A stretch of 64,000 nt of DNA from an uncultured Nitrososphaerota archaeon (GTDB taxonomy: Archaea; Thermoproteota; Nitrososphaeria; Nitrososphaerales; Gagatemarchaeaceae): the NCBI GenBank assembly GCA_963703285.1, contig OY969807.1:1696001-1760000 (forward strand), given 5' to 3'. A program made the translations under genes and the position numbers. The notes beneath the pieces were generated by a model. It made no database searches. It was not told where the DNA came from and saw only the letters and a program-made list of their open reading frames with translations. This document shows positions 1-8,800 of the stretch, piece after piece. Positions within the stretch are counted from its first letter, which is position 1. Each line of letters opens with the position of its first letter.

Positions 1-94
1 TCCTAAGTCTCCTCCCGATGAGCCCGTCCAGAAGGTCGACGAGATTGAAGGGGGAACTCCTTCTCCCTGTCTTAATCGGCGAGAGCGTGATCAT
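1..94 (-). CDS. 5' end of a gene running off the window, possibly coenzyme F420:glutamate ligase (CofE)-like
   Basis: Manual translation MITLSPIKTGRRSSPFNLVDLLDGLIGRRLR; divergent from gcvT; weak resemblance to CofE N-termini. Confidence 0.3.
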   Translation of the reverse strand, partial: MITLSPIKTGRRSSPFNLVDLLDGLIGRRLR

Positions 95-146
95 CGCCAC
101 GGTTCCGTGCTCCGCTTAAATAAAGAGGGCAGCACAGCTCGAAGAG

Positions 147-1262
147 ATGAAGCGAACCCCCCTCTTTGGTTTTCACGCTTCGCACGGAAAGATGGTCGAA
201 TTCGCGGGCTACGACATGCCGATCTGGTACTCGAGCATAACCGAAGAGCACCTCGCAGTCCGAAATCACTCGGGCATCTTTGATGTCTCTCACATGGGGA
301 GGCTGATAGTCCGCGGCGCCGACGCGACGAACGTGGTCGAGAGGCTCGTACCGACAGGGAGCTCCTCACATCCGGTCGGCAAGTCATTCTACACGCTACT
401 GCTCAATCCGGCAGGAGGGATAATCGACGACATCATAATCATCAAGAGACCCGACGACTACCTTCTGGTCGTGAACGCGGCGAACCGGTCGAAGGACCTT
501 GAGCACGTGAGGAGCGTAGCGCAAGGGTCGGTCGTGGAGATAGACGACATAACGGAGGACACCACAATGATAGCAGTCCAGGGACCCGAGGCGACCCAAG
601 CGCTCCAGCCTCTGACCGCAGTCGACCTTCCCGGCGTCAAGAGGTTCACGCACGTGGAGTCGAGCGTGGGGGGGAGCGAGGCTACGATTACGAGAACGGG
701 ATATACCGGTGAGGACGGATTCGAGATAATACTCCATGACTCTGGCACGGAGGACGCAGCAATCGCCATGGCTGTCTGGAGCGACCTTGCGACGAGAGCT
801 CGCCCGTGCGGTCTGGGCGCGAGGGATTCCCTTCGCATCGAGGCTGGCCTCCCGCTCTACGGTTCTGACATCGACGAAACCACAAATCCGATCGAAGCCG
901 AGTTATCCTGGGTCCTCTCAAAGGGGAAGACGGGGTATGTCGGAGACGAGGCCATCGCACGGTACAGAATGGGACCGTCTAGACGCTACAGGAGGGGCAT
1001 CCTGATGACCGACAAGATTCCACGCCACGGCTTCGCGATAACCGACGACTCGGGAGGAAAGATAGGCGAGATAACCAGCGGGACATTCTCGCCGCTTCTC
1101 AAGAGGGGGATAGCGATGGGGTACATCGACGCGCCCAATTCGCAAGTGGGCGGGACCGTCGAAGTCGTTGTCAGGGGGTCCCCGAGCCAGGGCAGGGTAG
1201 TAAAGCCACCATTCTACGACGAAACTGTCTACGGCTGGAAGCGTACAGCATCGCAAGGATAA
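147..1262 (+). CDS. gcvT: Glycine cleavage system aminomethyltransferase T
   Basis: MKRTPL, FDVSHMG, TRTGYTGEDGFEI, CGLGARDSLRIEAGLPLYG motifs. Confidence 0.97.
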   Translation: MKRTPLFGFHASHGKMVEFAGYDMPIWYSSITEEHLAVRNHSGIFDVSHMGRLIVRGADATNVVERLVPTGSSSHPVGKSFYTLLLNPAGGIIDDIIIIKRPDDYLLVVNAANRSKDLEHVRSVAQGSVVEIDDITEDTTMIAVQGPEATQALQPLTAVDLPGVKRFTHVESSVGGSEATITRTGYTGEDGFEIILHDSGTEDAAIAMAVWSDLATRARPCGLGARDSLRIEAGLPLYGSDIDETTNPIEAELSWVLSKGKTGYVGDEAIARYRMGPSRRYRRGILMTDKIPRHGFAITDDSGGKIGEITSGTFSPLLKRGIAMGYIDAPNSQVGGTVEVVVRGSPSQGRVVKPPFYDETVYGWKRTASQG

Positions 1263-1292
1263 TAGTCTCTGGAGTCTGGACCGGGCGCCCGC

Positions 1293-1691
1293 ATGACCGA
1301 CCCGATTACAATCCCGCCGGACCTCCTGTACACGAGGGAGCACGAGTGGACCAGGCTCGAAGGCTCGACGGCGCGCGTGGGGATTACCGAGTACGCAGCG
1401 AAGACGCTGAATGACGTGGTCTATCTCTCCCTGCCCTCTTCCGGAGAGAAACTGAAGCAGCTAACGTCCTTCGGCACGGTGGAATCGATAAAGGCTGTCT
1501 CAGAGCTTTACTCGCCCCTCTCCGGCACCGTGAAGAGGGTGAACTCCGAACTGCTGAACCATCCGGAGCTCGTCAACCAGTCTCCCTACGGAGAGGGCTG
1601 GATCCTGGAGCTCGAAGTGTCGGACATCACAGAGAAGGCGGCTCTGTTAGACTCGAAACAGTACGCAGAGTTCATTTCCACCCTCGAGTAG
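1293..1691 (+). CDS. gcvH: Glycine cleavage system H protein
   Basis: HEW, GITEYA, VESIKAVSELYSPLSG (lipoyl Lys), NQSPYGEGW. Confidence 0.97.
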   Translation: MTDPITIPPDLLYTREHEWTRLEGSTARVGITEYAAKTLNDVVYLSLPSSGEKLKQLTSFGTVESIKAVSELYSPLSGTVKRVNSELLNHPELVNQSPYGEGWILELEVSDITEKAALLDSKQYAEFISTLE

Positions 1692-1799
1692 TAGGCTGAC
1701 CCGTCGGCGGCAAACACGAGCCTTTTGAAGACCAAGAGAATTGAACAGGACTCAAGATTAGAAAACCTCATAAGGTGATGTGCGGGGCTCTCGCCGAAT

Positions 1800-4151
1800 T
1801 TGAAGCTGGCGAGCCAGTTACGGGCCCTCCTGAGGAGGCCCACGATATCAAGGCAAAGCATGATAATCGCCTTGACGCTAACCAGCATATTCGTCGTCGC
1901 CCTCTTCATAAGGTCGTTCCCGGCCAAGTACGGCTTCTACCTCAACGAGTTCGACCCATACTACGATTACAAGTCCGCCCTATACATAGTCAACTCGTTC
2001 GACACCAGTCTGGCCGCTGGCCACGGGGGCTTCCCCGGTCTTCTGAGCTACTTCCACTGGACCGACTACACCACGTGGTATCCCGAAGGCAGGGCGGTGG
2101 CTCCGACCTCGCAGGACGGCCTCCAGTTCGCGGGCGCCCTGAGCTACCTGTTCCTGAGGGATGTCTTCGGGCTGAACTTCTGCACCTCAGCGGCGTCCTG
2201 CACGACCGCCGACGGCCTGTACAACTACCTCGTGCTGTTCCCAGTCTTCGTCGGGTCCCTGACGTGCGTCGCGCTCTTCTACTTGGTCAAGCGGATCGCA
2301 GGGGCGGCGGGCGGCCTCTTCGCGGCCCTCATGTTCGCGGTCTCCCCGCCAATCCTCGAGAGGGGCAACCTCGGGTGGTTCAAGTCGGAACCGCTCGGCA
2401 TCTTCCTGTTCGTCGTCGCCGCGTACATCTTCCTGACAATCCTCGACAGCGACATGAGCTCGCTGCAAAGGGTGGCAAGAGGGCTGTTCGCGGGCTTCCT
2501 TCTGGGCTATGCGAACACCGCGTGGGGCGGTGCCGAATACTTCACGGTCGCCTTTGGGCTGTTCTTCATAGCGCTTCCGTTCCTCGGAGACCTGGACCTG
2601 TCCAAGCTCTCGATAGCCGCCCTGTTTTTCACCGCGGGGGACATCTTCGGCAGCGCAATCTTCCCGGAAATCGGCGTCGGGGTGGTGCACAGCGCCGAGG
2701 GACTCGCGATAATCGGTGGTACTCTCTTCATAATAGTGGCGAGCTGGCTGAAGACGTGGGTCAAGCCGGACGACTACAAGAAGACCCTGTTGAAGGTCAT
2801 TTTCGGGGCAGCGCTGGCAGCTGTGGCGCTCATCAGTTTTGGGTCGGTTTCGACGCTCTCCGCTCGGTACCTGTCGGTGATATTCCCGTGGGTCAGGAGC
2901 AACAACCCGCTCGTGGAGTCCGTAGCTGAGCAGCAGCTACCGACAGGGAGCGACTACTTCTCGTCGTATCTCCTGCTCCTCTTTCTGGGCATCTTCGGGG
3001 CGATAATCGCCTTCAGGAGACGGAACCCGGCGACGATCTTCGCTCTAATCACGGCGATCCTGATGATTTACGCTTCGGGCGGCTTCTCGCGCCTGCTGGT
3101 GTACTCGACCATCGCGTTCGTCCTCCTTGCAGGAATCGGATTCGCCGAGCTTGCCTTCTCGCTCATGAAGCCCGCATCTTCCTCGATGGTCAAGCGGAAA
3201 CCCGCCTACAGCACGGGAAGCGAGATGCGCGCCGTCTATTCGGTGGCCTTCATCTTCCTCCTCGCGTTCCCGGCGAGCATATACTGGATTCCCAACCCCG
3301 TCGCCTGCACGTCCAGCAGCCAACTCTGCGACCAGAGCCCGGCAGACTACGGGGTAAGCATCGCCAACGGAGGGACGGTCTTCGCCCATTCAGAGCTGCC
3401 CGACTGGCTGGACGCACTGAACTGGATCAAGTACAACACGCCGCAGAACGCTGTGATAATCGCGTGGTGGGACTATGGATACTGGATTAACGTCATGGGC
3501 AACAGGAGCACGGTCGCAGACAACGCCACGCTCAACGACACGCGAATTGCGGAGATAGGACAGATGTTCATGTCCAACCCCGCCCAGGCCTATACCCTTG
3601 CGAAGGACATGGGAGACGGTCGTCCCGTGTACGTGCTGACCTTCCTCACAGGGAGCGTGCTCACCGAGGACGGGACACCCGTCTACTACACCCTGCAGAT
3701 ACCCGCAGGTAACGGATTCACCGCCGGCGGAGGCGACGAGAGCAAGAAGCAGTGGTTCATCCGCATATCCGGGCTGAACGAGTCAGAGTTCCTGGAGTGT
3801 CCGCAGATAACCGCCACCTGCACCAACGTGGACGACTTCAACCTGACCCCCACAGCGCTGTCGAACACCCTCTTCGGCGAGATGATCCCCTTCACCTTCT
3901 CTTCATGGTACAGCCTCTCGAACCAGACCACCAGCACGACGTATTCGTTCGATTCCAACAACAACCCGCCCCTGGAGCTCTTCAGCTATCCTGCCACCTA
4001 CCAGCTCAACGGGACCGCCAGTCCGTTCCAGATAGCGTACACGTCACCGAGCCTCACCAACCCCATACAGTGCGGCGGGAGCTCGACCAGCCCGATAGAC
4101 TGCTTCACGTCGGTTCTGGTGTACCAGCTGAACTCCAACTACACGGGCTAA
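1800..4151 (+). CDS. aglB: Oligosaccharyltransferase (STT3/AglB)
   Basis: NEFDPYY, multiple TM helices, ESVAE, WWDYGYWI, TVADN motifs. Confidence 0.95.
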   Translation: MKLASQLRALLRRPTISRQSMIIALTLTSIFVVALFIRSFPAKYGFYLNEFDPYYDYKSALYIVNSFDTSLAAGHGGFPGLLSYFHWTDYTTWYPEGRAVAPTSQDGLQFAGALSYLFLRDVFGLNFCTSAASCTTADGLYNYLVLFPVFVGSLTCVALFYLVKRIAGAAGGLFAALMFAVSPPILERGNLGWFKSEPLGIFLFVVAAYIFLTILDSDMSSLQRVARGLFAGFLLGYANTAWGGAEYFTVAFGLFFIALPFLGDLDLSKLSIAALFFTAGDIFGSAIFPEIGVGVVHSAEGLAIIGGTLFIIVASWLKTWVKPDDYKKTLLKVIFGAALAAVALISFGSVSTLSARYLSVIFPWVRSNNPLVESVAEQQLPTGSDYFSSYLLLLFLGIFGAIIAFRRRNPATIFALITAILMIYASGGFSRLLVYSTIAFVLLAGIGFAELAFSLMKPASSSMVKRKPAYSTGSEMRAVYSVAFIFLLAFPASIYWIPNPVACTSSSQLCDQSPADYGVSIANGGTVFAHSELPDWLDALNWIKYNTPQNAVIIAWWDYGYWINVMGNRSTVADNATLNDTRIAEIGQMFMSNPAQAYTLAKDMGDGRPVYVLTFLTGSVLTEDGTPVYYTLQIPAGNGFTAGGGDESKKQWFIRISGLNESEFLECPQITATCTNVDDFNLTPTALSNTLFGEMIPFTFSSWYSLSNQTTSTTYSFDSNNNPPLELFSYPATYQLNGTASPFQIAYTSPSLTNPIQCGGSSTSPIDCFTSVLVYQLNSNYTG

Positions 4152-4152
4152 G

Positions 4153-4317
4153 CTAGCCTTCGTCCTTGTAGGCCCGTGGGTTCCGGTATCGGGCGTACTT
4201 GTCATCCGGCGAGTACTTGGCCGGGTGCGCAACGACCGCGGTTGCGCCGCACCTGGGACAGGCTTCCTTCATCGTGTAGCTGTGGCAGACCGAGCACCTG
4301 AGGAGGAGCGCCTTCAG
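4153..4317 (-). CDS. nop10: H/ACA RNP protein Nop10 (CTG start, missed by ORF track)
   Basis: Manual translation xKALLLRCSVCHSYTMKEACPRCGATAVVAHPAKYSPDDKYARYR; start overlaps the aIF2a stop (CTGA). Confidence 0.93.
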   Translation of the reverse strand: MKALLLRCSVCHSYTMKEACPRCGATAVVAHPAKYSPDDKYARYRNPRAYKDEG

Positions 4318-5132
4318 GCTACCCCACCATACTTGCGTGACATCTCCCTCTTGCTGCTGAAGGTCCCATGCTTCCCGATTTCTTCCTGGATGCGCTCGAG
4401 CGCAGAGTTCATTAGCTTGTCAGCCTGCTTGTAGTCGTCCGCCACGACCCTGAGACGGTACCTCGGGGCGCCGACATAACTCACCTTGATCTCAGCGTTC
4501 GAAGAGACCGCAGTCGAGGCTTCCAACGCATCCTTGATCTGCTGGATGCCATCGGAGGCCTTCGAGCTTATCTCCACCACCGCGCCCACCTCGTACTTGG
4601 GCGAGGTTATCTTCTCCTTGGCAGCCTCGACTATCTCCTTCAGGGCCGGCTCCGGAATCTCCAGGGAGGCGAGGGCTTTCTCGCCCTTCTTCGACGCGGC
4701 CTCCAGGGCGTCGTAGAGCGAGCCATACTCCTTCTCGAGCTTGACAACGATTTCGTTGAACTGCGCGTCTCCGAGGGCGAGCTTCTTCTTGATCGTTCCC
4801 ATGATCGTCGTAGCCCGCTCCTTCTGCTTCCACTCTATGAGCTTGTTCCGCTTCTCTTCGTTCGTGACCTGACGAAGGGACAGGTCGACCTCCCTCCTCG
4901 ACCTCTCGGCCCTGATTACCTTGAGGACGAGCTTCTGCTGCACTTTCGCCACTCTGTCGATGTTCCTGACCCAGCCCGTGGAAATCTCCGAGATGTGAAG
5001 GAAACCGTTCATGTTGTTGTACTCGTCGAGGTCCACATAGATCCCGTGCGGCGTGATCTCCCTGACGGTGCAGAGGACAATCTCCCCGCGGTCGGGCAGC
5101 TCGGCTACTTCCATGAACTCTTCACCTATCAC
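4314..5132 (-). CDS. eif2a: Translation initiation factor 2 alpha
   Basis: S1 domain ELPDRGEIV...LHISEISTGWVRNI; C-terminal YVGAPRYR; conserved synteny. Confidence 0.96.
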   Translation of the reverse strand: MIGEEFMEVAELPDRGEIVLCTVREITPHGIYVDLDEYNNMNGFLHISEISTGWVRNIDRVAKVQQKLVLKVIRAERSRREVDLSLRQVTNEEKRNKLIEWKQKERATTIMGTIKKKLALGDAQFNEIVVKLEKEYGSLYDALEAASKKGEKALASLEIPEPALKEIVEAAKEKITSPKYEVGAVVEISSKASDGIQQIKDALEASTAVSSNAEIKVSYVGAPRYRLRVVADDYKQADKLMNSALERIQEEIGKHGTFSSKREMSRKYGGVA

Positions 5133-5157
5133 TACATGCCTTTAGCTATTGCGAACG

Positions 5158-5355
5158 CTAGTCGAGTCTCTTGATGACCTGCGCGTCGACCCTTACCTTG
5201 CCTCCCGTCCTCTCGGCGAGCTTCCTTCCGCAACCCTTGCAAGTGACCTCCCTCGTCGATGCGGAGAACATCACCCGCTCCTCCCCGCAGTCAGGGCACT
5301 TGATCAGGACGAAGCTGCTGCGCGGCTTCGGGATGAACTCTCGCTCCCTCTTCAC
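5158..5355 (-). CDS. rps27e: 30S ribosomal protein S27e
   Basis: IPKPRSSFVLIKCPDCG...CKGCG...TGGK; GTG start overlapping the L44e stop. Confidence 0.95.
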   Translation of the reverse strand: MKREREFIPKPRSSFVLIKCPDCGEERVMFSASTREVTCKGCGRKLAERTGGKVRVDAQVIKRLD

Positions 5356-5630
5356 TGGGCAATCTCCGCCTTTCTCAACCTCATCCCCTTGCGCATGACC
5401 TCCTTGTTGCAGGTCTTGCACTTCAACTTCAGCGTCGCCTTCTTCGTGGTCTTTGCCGTCCTCACGAGCTCAGGGAACTTCTGACCACCATATCCCGTCT
5501 TCCTGCGGGCCTGACGTCGCGCACCCCAGGAGGAGGCCCTCTCCTTGCCCTTCTTGTAAAGGCTGACGGAGTGCAAGGTGTGCTTGTGACAGTGCGCACA
5601 GAACGTGTTTAGCTCCTTGGGGATTTTCAT
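5352..5630 (-). CDS. rpl44e: 50S ribosomal protein L44e
   Basis: MKIPK...CAHCHKHTLH...GYGGQKFP...AKTTKK...CKTC. Confidence 0.97.
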   Translation of the reverse strand: MKIPKELNTFCAHCHKHTLHSVSLYKKGKERASSWGARRQARRKTGYGGQKFPELVRTAKTTKKATLKLKCKTCNKEVMRKGMRLRKAEIAQ

Positions 5631-5801
5631 AGTTTTCAGGCGAGTCGAAACCAGTCCAAATTTATGCGTTGTGGTCGTCCAAACCGATTCGGCGGTTCAT
5701 CGGCTTTGCCCGCCGCCGTCAGGTCCAACCATCTCCCCCGTTGGTTCCCACAGAAACCCAAAACCTATTTACCGGCGAGCCTCGGACCCGGACCGAATTC
5801 C

Positions 5802-6557
5802 TTGCTGTTTACCAAGACCTCTAGCGCAGTCGAGTGGAAAGCCGTTGCATCCGCGATAAAGACACTGGTTGAGGAGGCTACCTTCGAGGCGTCGAGCGAG
5901 GCGCTCATCTTCAGGGCGATGGACCCTTCGCACATAGCTCTCGTCGACCTGATGTGGCCCAACGCCGCTTTCGAGAGGTACGAGTGCGACAAGCCGTTCA
6001 AGTTCAGCATCCGCGTGGAGGACTTCGTGAAGTTGATCGGCAGGACCGATGCCAAGGACAGCATCGAGCTCACTTCGACCGAGGAGGACGCCCTACTCCT
6101 GAGGCTGATGGACGGCTACAAGAGGGAGTTCAGAATCCACCTGATCGAGAGCACGTCCGGGACGGCGCCGCTCCCGAAGCTCGACTTCGACGCGAGCATC
6201 TCCATGAGCAAGAGCATATTCGAGAAGGTTCTCGGCGACATCTCCGTCGTCGCGGACCAGGTAGCGATAAGCGCACTGAAGGACAGCATCTCGTTCGGCG
6301 GCAAGAGCGACATCGGAGCCGCCACGATACAGCTGGACAAGAACGGGGCCGACGTGCTGGAGATGGACGTGAAGGCCGAGGCGAAGGCGTCCTACAACAT
6401 CGATTATCTAGTTTCGATTTCGCGGGCCCTTGGCTCGACCACCGAGACAGTCCTGCTGCAATTCTCCAGCAAGAAGCCGGCGAAGCTGAGCTTCAAATTG
6501 AATGAACAGGGTGCAATAATAAACTACTTTTTAGCGCCGAGAATATCAGATACTTAA
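5802..6557 (+). CDS. pcn: DNA polymerase sliding clamp PCNA
   Basis: LVEEATF, RAMDPSHIALVDL, YFLAPR; probable TTG start at 5802 (ORF track extends to 5664). Confidence 0.95.
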   Translation: MLFTKTSSAVEWKAVASAIKTLVEEATFEASSEALIFRAMDPSHIALVDLMWPNAAFERYECDKPFKFSIRVEDFVKLIGRTDAKDSIELTSTEEDALLLRLMDGYKREFRIHLIESTSGTAPLPKLDFDASISMSKSIFEKVLGDISVVADQVAISALKDSISFGGKSDIGAATIQLDKNGADVLEMDVKAEAKASYNIDYLVSISRALGSTTETVLLQFSSKKPAKLSFKLNEQGAIINYFLAPRISDT

Positions 6558-6571
6558 TATTTCGTACGATT

Positions 6572-8311
6572 TCATCCAATATTTGGAGCACTAGTGTCTC
6601 CGGCCGGCGAGATGAGCTTCTTTCCCTTCTCGTTCAGCTTCTTTATTGCTCCATAGAGCGTATCCAGCTTCTCGTAATACCAGCCCGGTTGTCCACTTCT
6701 GCTTGGGACGAATTTCTCGTCGACGAACCGAAGGTACTCAAGGACATAACCGGCCACCTCGCGTTTGACGATCAAATACGACATCACTTGAGGGAGAATC
6801 GTCCGGAGTACGCCCGAGTTCGCATTGTACTCCCATCTTGTTTTAGTCACCGCATCCCCTCTGCGAGCTAGGTTCACGGTTCCCTCTCCGATAATCTCCA
6901 TCACCTTCACGCAGAAGTCCCGGTTGGAGTTGGTCACGTTGAGCTGCGGCCGATAGAAGTATCCCCTACTGTACGCCGCGTGGATAACCTTGGAGAGGAA
7001 TATCAATCCTTCTCCATCTATCACCCCTGCCAGCCAAGAGCTTTCCTCTTTAGTCAATGTCCTAGTATCCGTCGCTCTTCCACCCCGCCCTCTGTTCTTC
7101 AGGCTCTTCGGCAGCGCAAGCATAGCTGCCATCGTCTCCGGCGACGGGTCCCTCCCTTTCTCGTTCGTCCGCTTGAGCGCCATGTAGAGTGAGTCAGCTT
7201 TCTCGTAGTAACCCGCCGGAACTTCCATGACGCCGATGATTGGATTCGCATCGACGTAAGCAAGGTACTCCAGCATCCTCTCTGCCGCCTCCTTCTTGAT
7301 GAGCAAATGAGGCACCAGCTGCGGCAGCAAACCGCGAAGAACCATGCCTGCTCCCCGATAGCACCATCTATCCTTCCAGTCAAGACGCGTCTCTTTCTGG
7401 AAGTTCACCGACCCCCTTCCGATGACCTCCCTCACCTTCCTCGCAAACTCCTCATTGGAGTTGCTGAGGTTGATGGCGGGGACGTAGGCGAATCCGCGTC
7501 TTCCTTTGGCAGCAGATCCCCTGTTCAACTTCGTTATGAAGATCGAACCCTCTCCATCGATGACTCCTGCCAGCCATTGCCCCTCAACCGCACTCAGTTG
7601 CCTAGGTGGCCCATCCAAGAGTTCCTCTCCGTTCGCTTCATCAACCAGCTTGGATTTGGCGAACCTCCTCCACGACGTGATGTGAATCCCATCCACGAGC
7701 TCGCCCACCGGCTTCTTCGTCTCCACCTGGTCGACGCCGAGTATGGAGAGCTTGTGCACCTCCGAGGGTCTCACCTTGTCGGCGTACTTCACGGGCACAT
7801 AGACAATAAGAGACCGGAAGCCGGTCGTGTAGACATAGCTTTCGAACCCAAAGTCACCATCGACCTTCCCGGATACCCAGTAGAGCTTCTCTGCCTCCAG
7901 CCTCGTTCCTTCTGGGCTTCTGAGCTTCCGCCAAGGGAGTCTGAAAATCAGGTTCGAGCCGAGTTCGCCGTTCTTCTTCGTGTATGTGTGGCCATAGGCC
8001 CTCGCCTGGACTACGCTTGGGTGTGATTCAACCTGCTCTGGCTTCCTCGGCTCCGGCTCTGTTTGGCCATGGGGCTCGTTGTTCTCGTCTCCCGCCTGTT
8101 CTTTCTCAAACCCTCCGAGCGTCGTCTGGACTGTCTCTTCAGACCGTTCGGCTTCCGTCTTACCTTCCGTCCCTTCCGCCCGAGACCCACCATCGCTTCG
8201 AGCCACATCAAAGGCTGGCTCGCCGCCGACCGCCGGGGACGCTACCTCCTTCTCTGAGACCCCTGTTCTCTCCTTGGGGGTCCCTGTCTGGACAGAATCC
8301 TCTTGGTCCAT
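6572..8311 (-). CDS. Free-standing protein with two tandem LAGLIDADG endonuclease domains and an acidic N-terminal leader
   Basis: WLAGVIDGEGSIFI and WLAGVIDGEGLIFL motifs, each followed by a ~130-aa domain (SNSN/TNSN, L..L.P.L..K); no intein termini seen. Confidence 0.88.
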   Translation of the reverse strand: MDQEDSVQTGTPKERTGVSEKEVASPAVGGEPAFDVARSDGGSRAEGTEGKTEAERSEETVQTTLGGFEKEQAGDENNEPHGQTEPEPRKPEQVESHPSVVQARAYGHTYTKKNGELGSNLIFRLPWRKLRSPEGTRLEAEKLYWVSGKVDGDFGFESYVYTTGFRSLIVYVPVKYADKVRPSEVHKLSILGVDQVETKKPVGELVDGIHITSWRRFAKSKLVDEANGEELLDGPPRQLSAVEGQWLAGVIDGEGSIFITKLNRGSAAKGRRGFAYVPAINLSNSNEEFARKVREVIGRGSVNFQKETRLDWKDRWCYRGAGMVLRGLLPQLVPHLLIKKEAAERMLEYLAYVDANPIIGVMEVPAGYYEKADSLYMALKRTNEKGRDPSPETMAAMLALPKSLKNRGRGGRATDTRTLTKEESSWLAGVIDGEGLIFLSKVIHAAYSRGYFYRPQLNVTNSNRDFCVKVMEIIGEGTVNLARRGDAVTKTRWEYNANSGVLRTILPQVMSYLIVKREVAGYVLEYLRFVDEKFVPSRSGQPGWYYEKLDTLYGAIKKLNEKGKKLISPAGDTSAPNIG

Positions 8312-8362
8312 CGCTATGCTCGTCAGAAACCGTCAAAACCCCCACGCGCCTGGTCCGGCTAT

Positions 8363-8437
8363 GTTGCCATGGCAACTTGGCAACATCGTGGCAACTTCTT
8401 GGCAACTTTGTGGCAACATCGCCGCTGGTGTGGCTAC
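8363..8437. repeat. GTTGCCATGGCAAC palindrome plus TGGCAAC heptamer array, copy 1
   Basis: Palindrome 8363-8376; TGGCAAC at 8370, 8378, 8389, 8400, 8411 (last four 11-bp phased); TGGCTAC at 8431. Confidence 0.9.
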
Positions 8438-8456
8438 TTTCTTAGGAATTCTGCAG

Positions 8457-8619
8457 GCTGACGGCCTCTTAGTTCAAAGAGTTCTACGCTTCTTCTGGGC
8501 GGTCCAGTACTCACAATCGGCTCGGCGCATGTTGCCATTCTGGCCGATCTTCGTCGGCACGACGTGAGAAGTTCGGCTTCTCAGGCCGCTCCCTTTGGGG
8601 GCTTTGGACCGTCGTCAGT
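8457..8619 (+). ncRNA. Putative structured RNA or ssDNA element associated with the LAGLIDADG gene, copy 1
   Basis: Outer helix GCTGACGGC/GTCGTCAGT, helix CGGTCCA(8500)/TGGACCG(8605), hairpins 8543-8558, 8565-8583, 8588-8602; conserved in copy 2 with compensatory and G-U changes. Confidence 0.65.
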
Positions 8620-8652
8620 TCTTAGTTTCTAGCAGGAGAATAGCGACTAGCA

Positions 8653-8660
8653 GTATTTAA
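8653..8660 (-). promoter_or_regulatory. Candidate TATA box (TTAAATAC) pointing toward the LAGLIDADG gene
   Basis: Identical octamer at the same position in copy 2 (26825-26832). Confidence 0.45.
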
Positions 8661-8800
8661 CAGGACAAGACTCCATCGCGGGTTCCGTTGCATCTTCGGG
8701 TGATTTGAAGCCGCGTTGCGGATTGGTTATTCATGGCTGTGCGCCTGTCGTGGATAAATTGTTCACAAGGTGTATAACCCGCCCAGAGCACCTTGGCTTG

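Noticed and set aside
1775-2929. Long alternative-frame or antisense ORFs (also 15962..17170, 33345..34403, 57612..59120)
   Set aside because: Shadow ORFs of GC3-rich real genes; Arg/Pro-rich with no motifs.
6572-8311. Intein or intron-encoded homing endonuclease
   Set aside because: No extein, no Cys...His-Asn termini, no flanking rRNA/tRNA exons, and no group I/II core motifs recognised.
8370-8417. TGGCAAC repeats as a mini-CRISPR
   Set aside because: 7-bp repeats with 4-nt spacers are far too short and no cas genes are present.
8388-8567. 59-codon + strand ORF open in both module copies (xATSWQLCGNIAAG...; 26561-26740)
   Set aside because: Differences are about 3 synonymous to 9 non-synonymous codons, as expected without protein-level selection; conservation is better explained at the nucleotide/structure level. 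Not formally excluded.
8612-8630. Hammerhead-like CUGACGA and GAAA on the minus strand
   Set aside because: Order and spacing do not allow stems I and III; no GAAA follows the would-be stem II.
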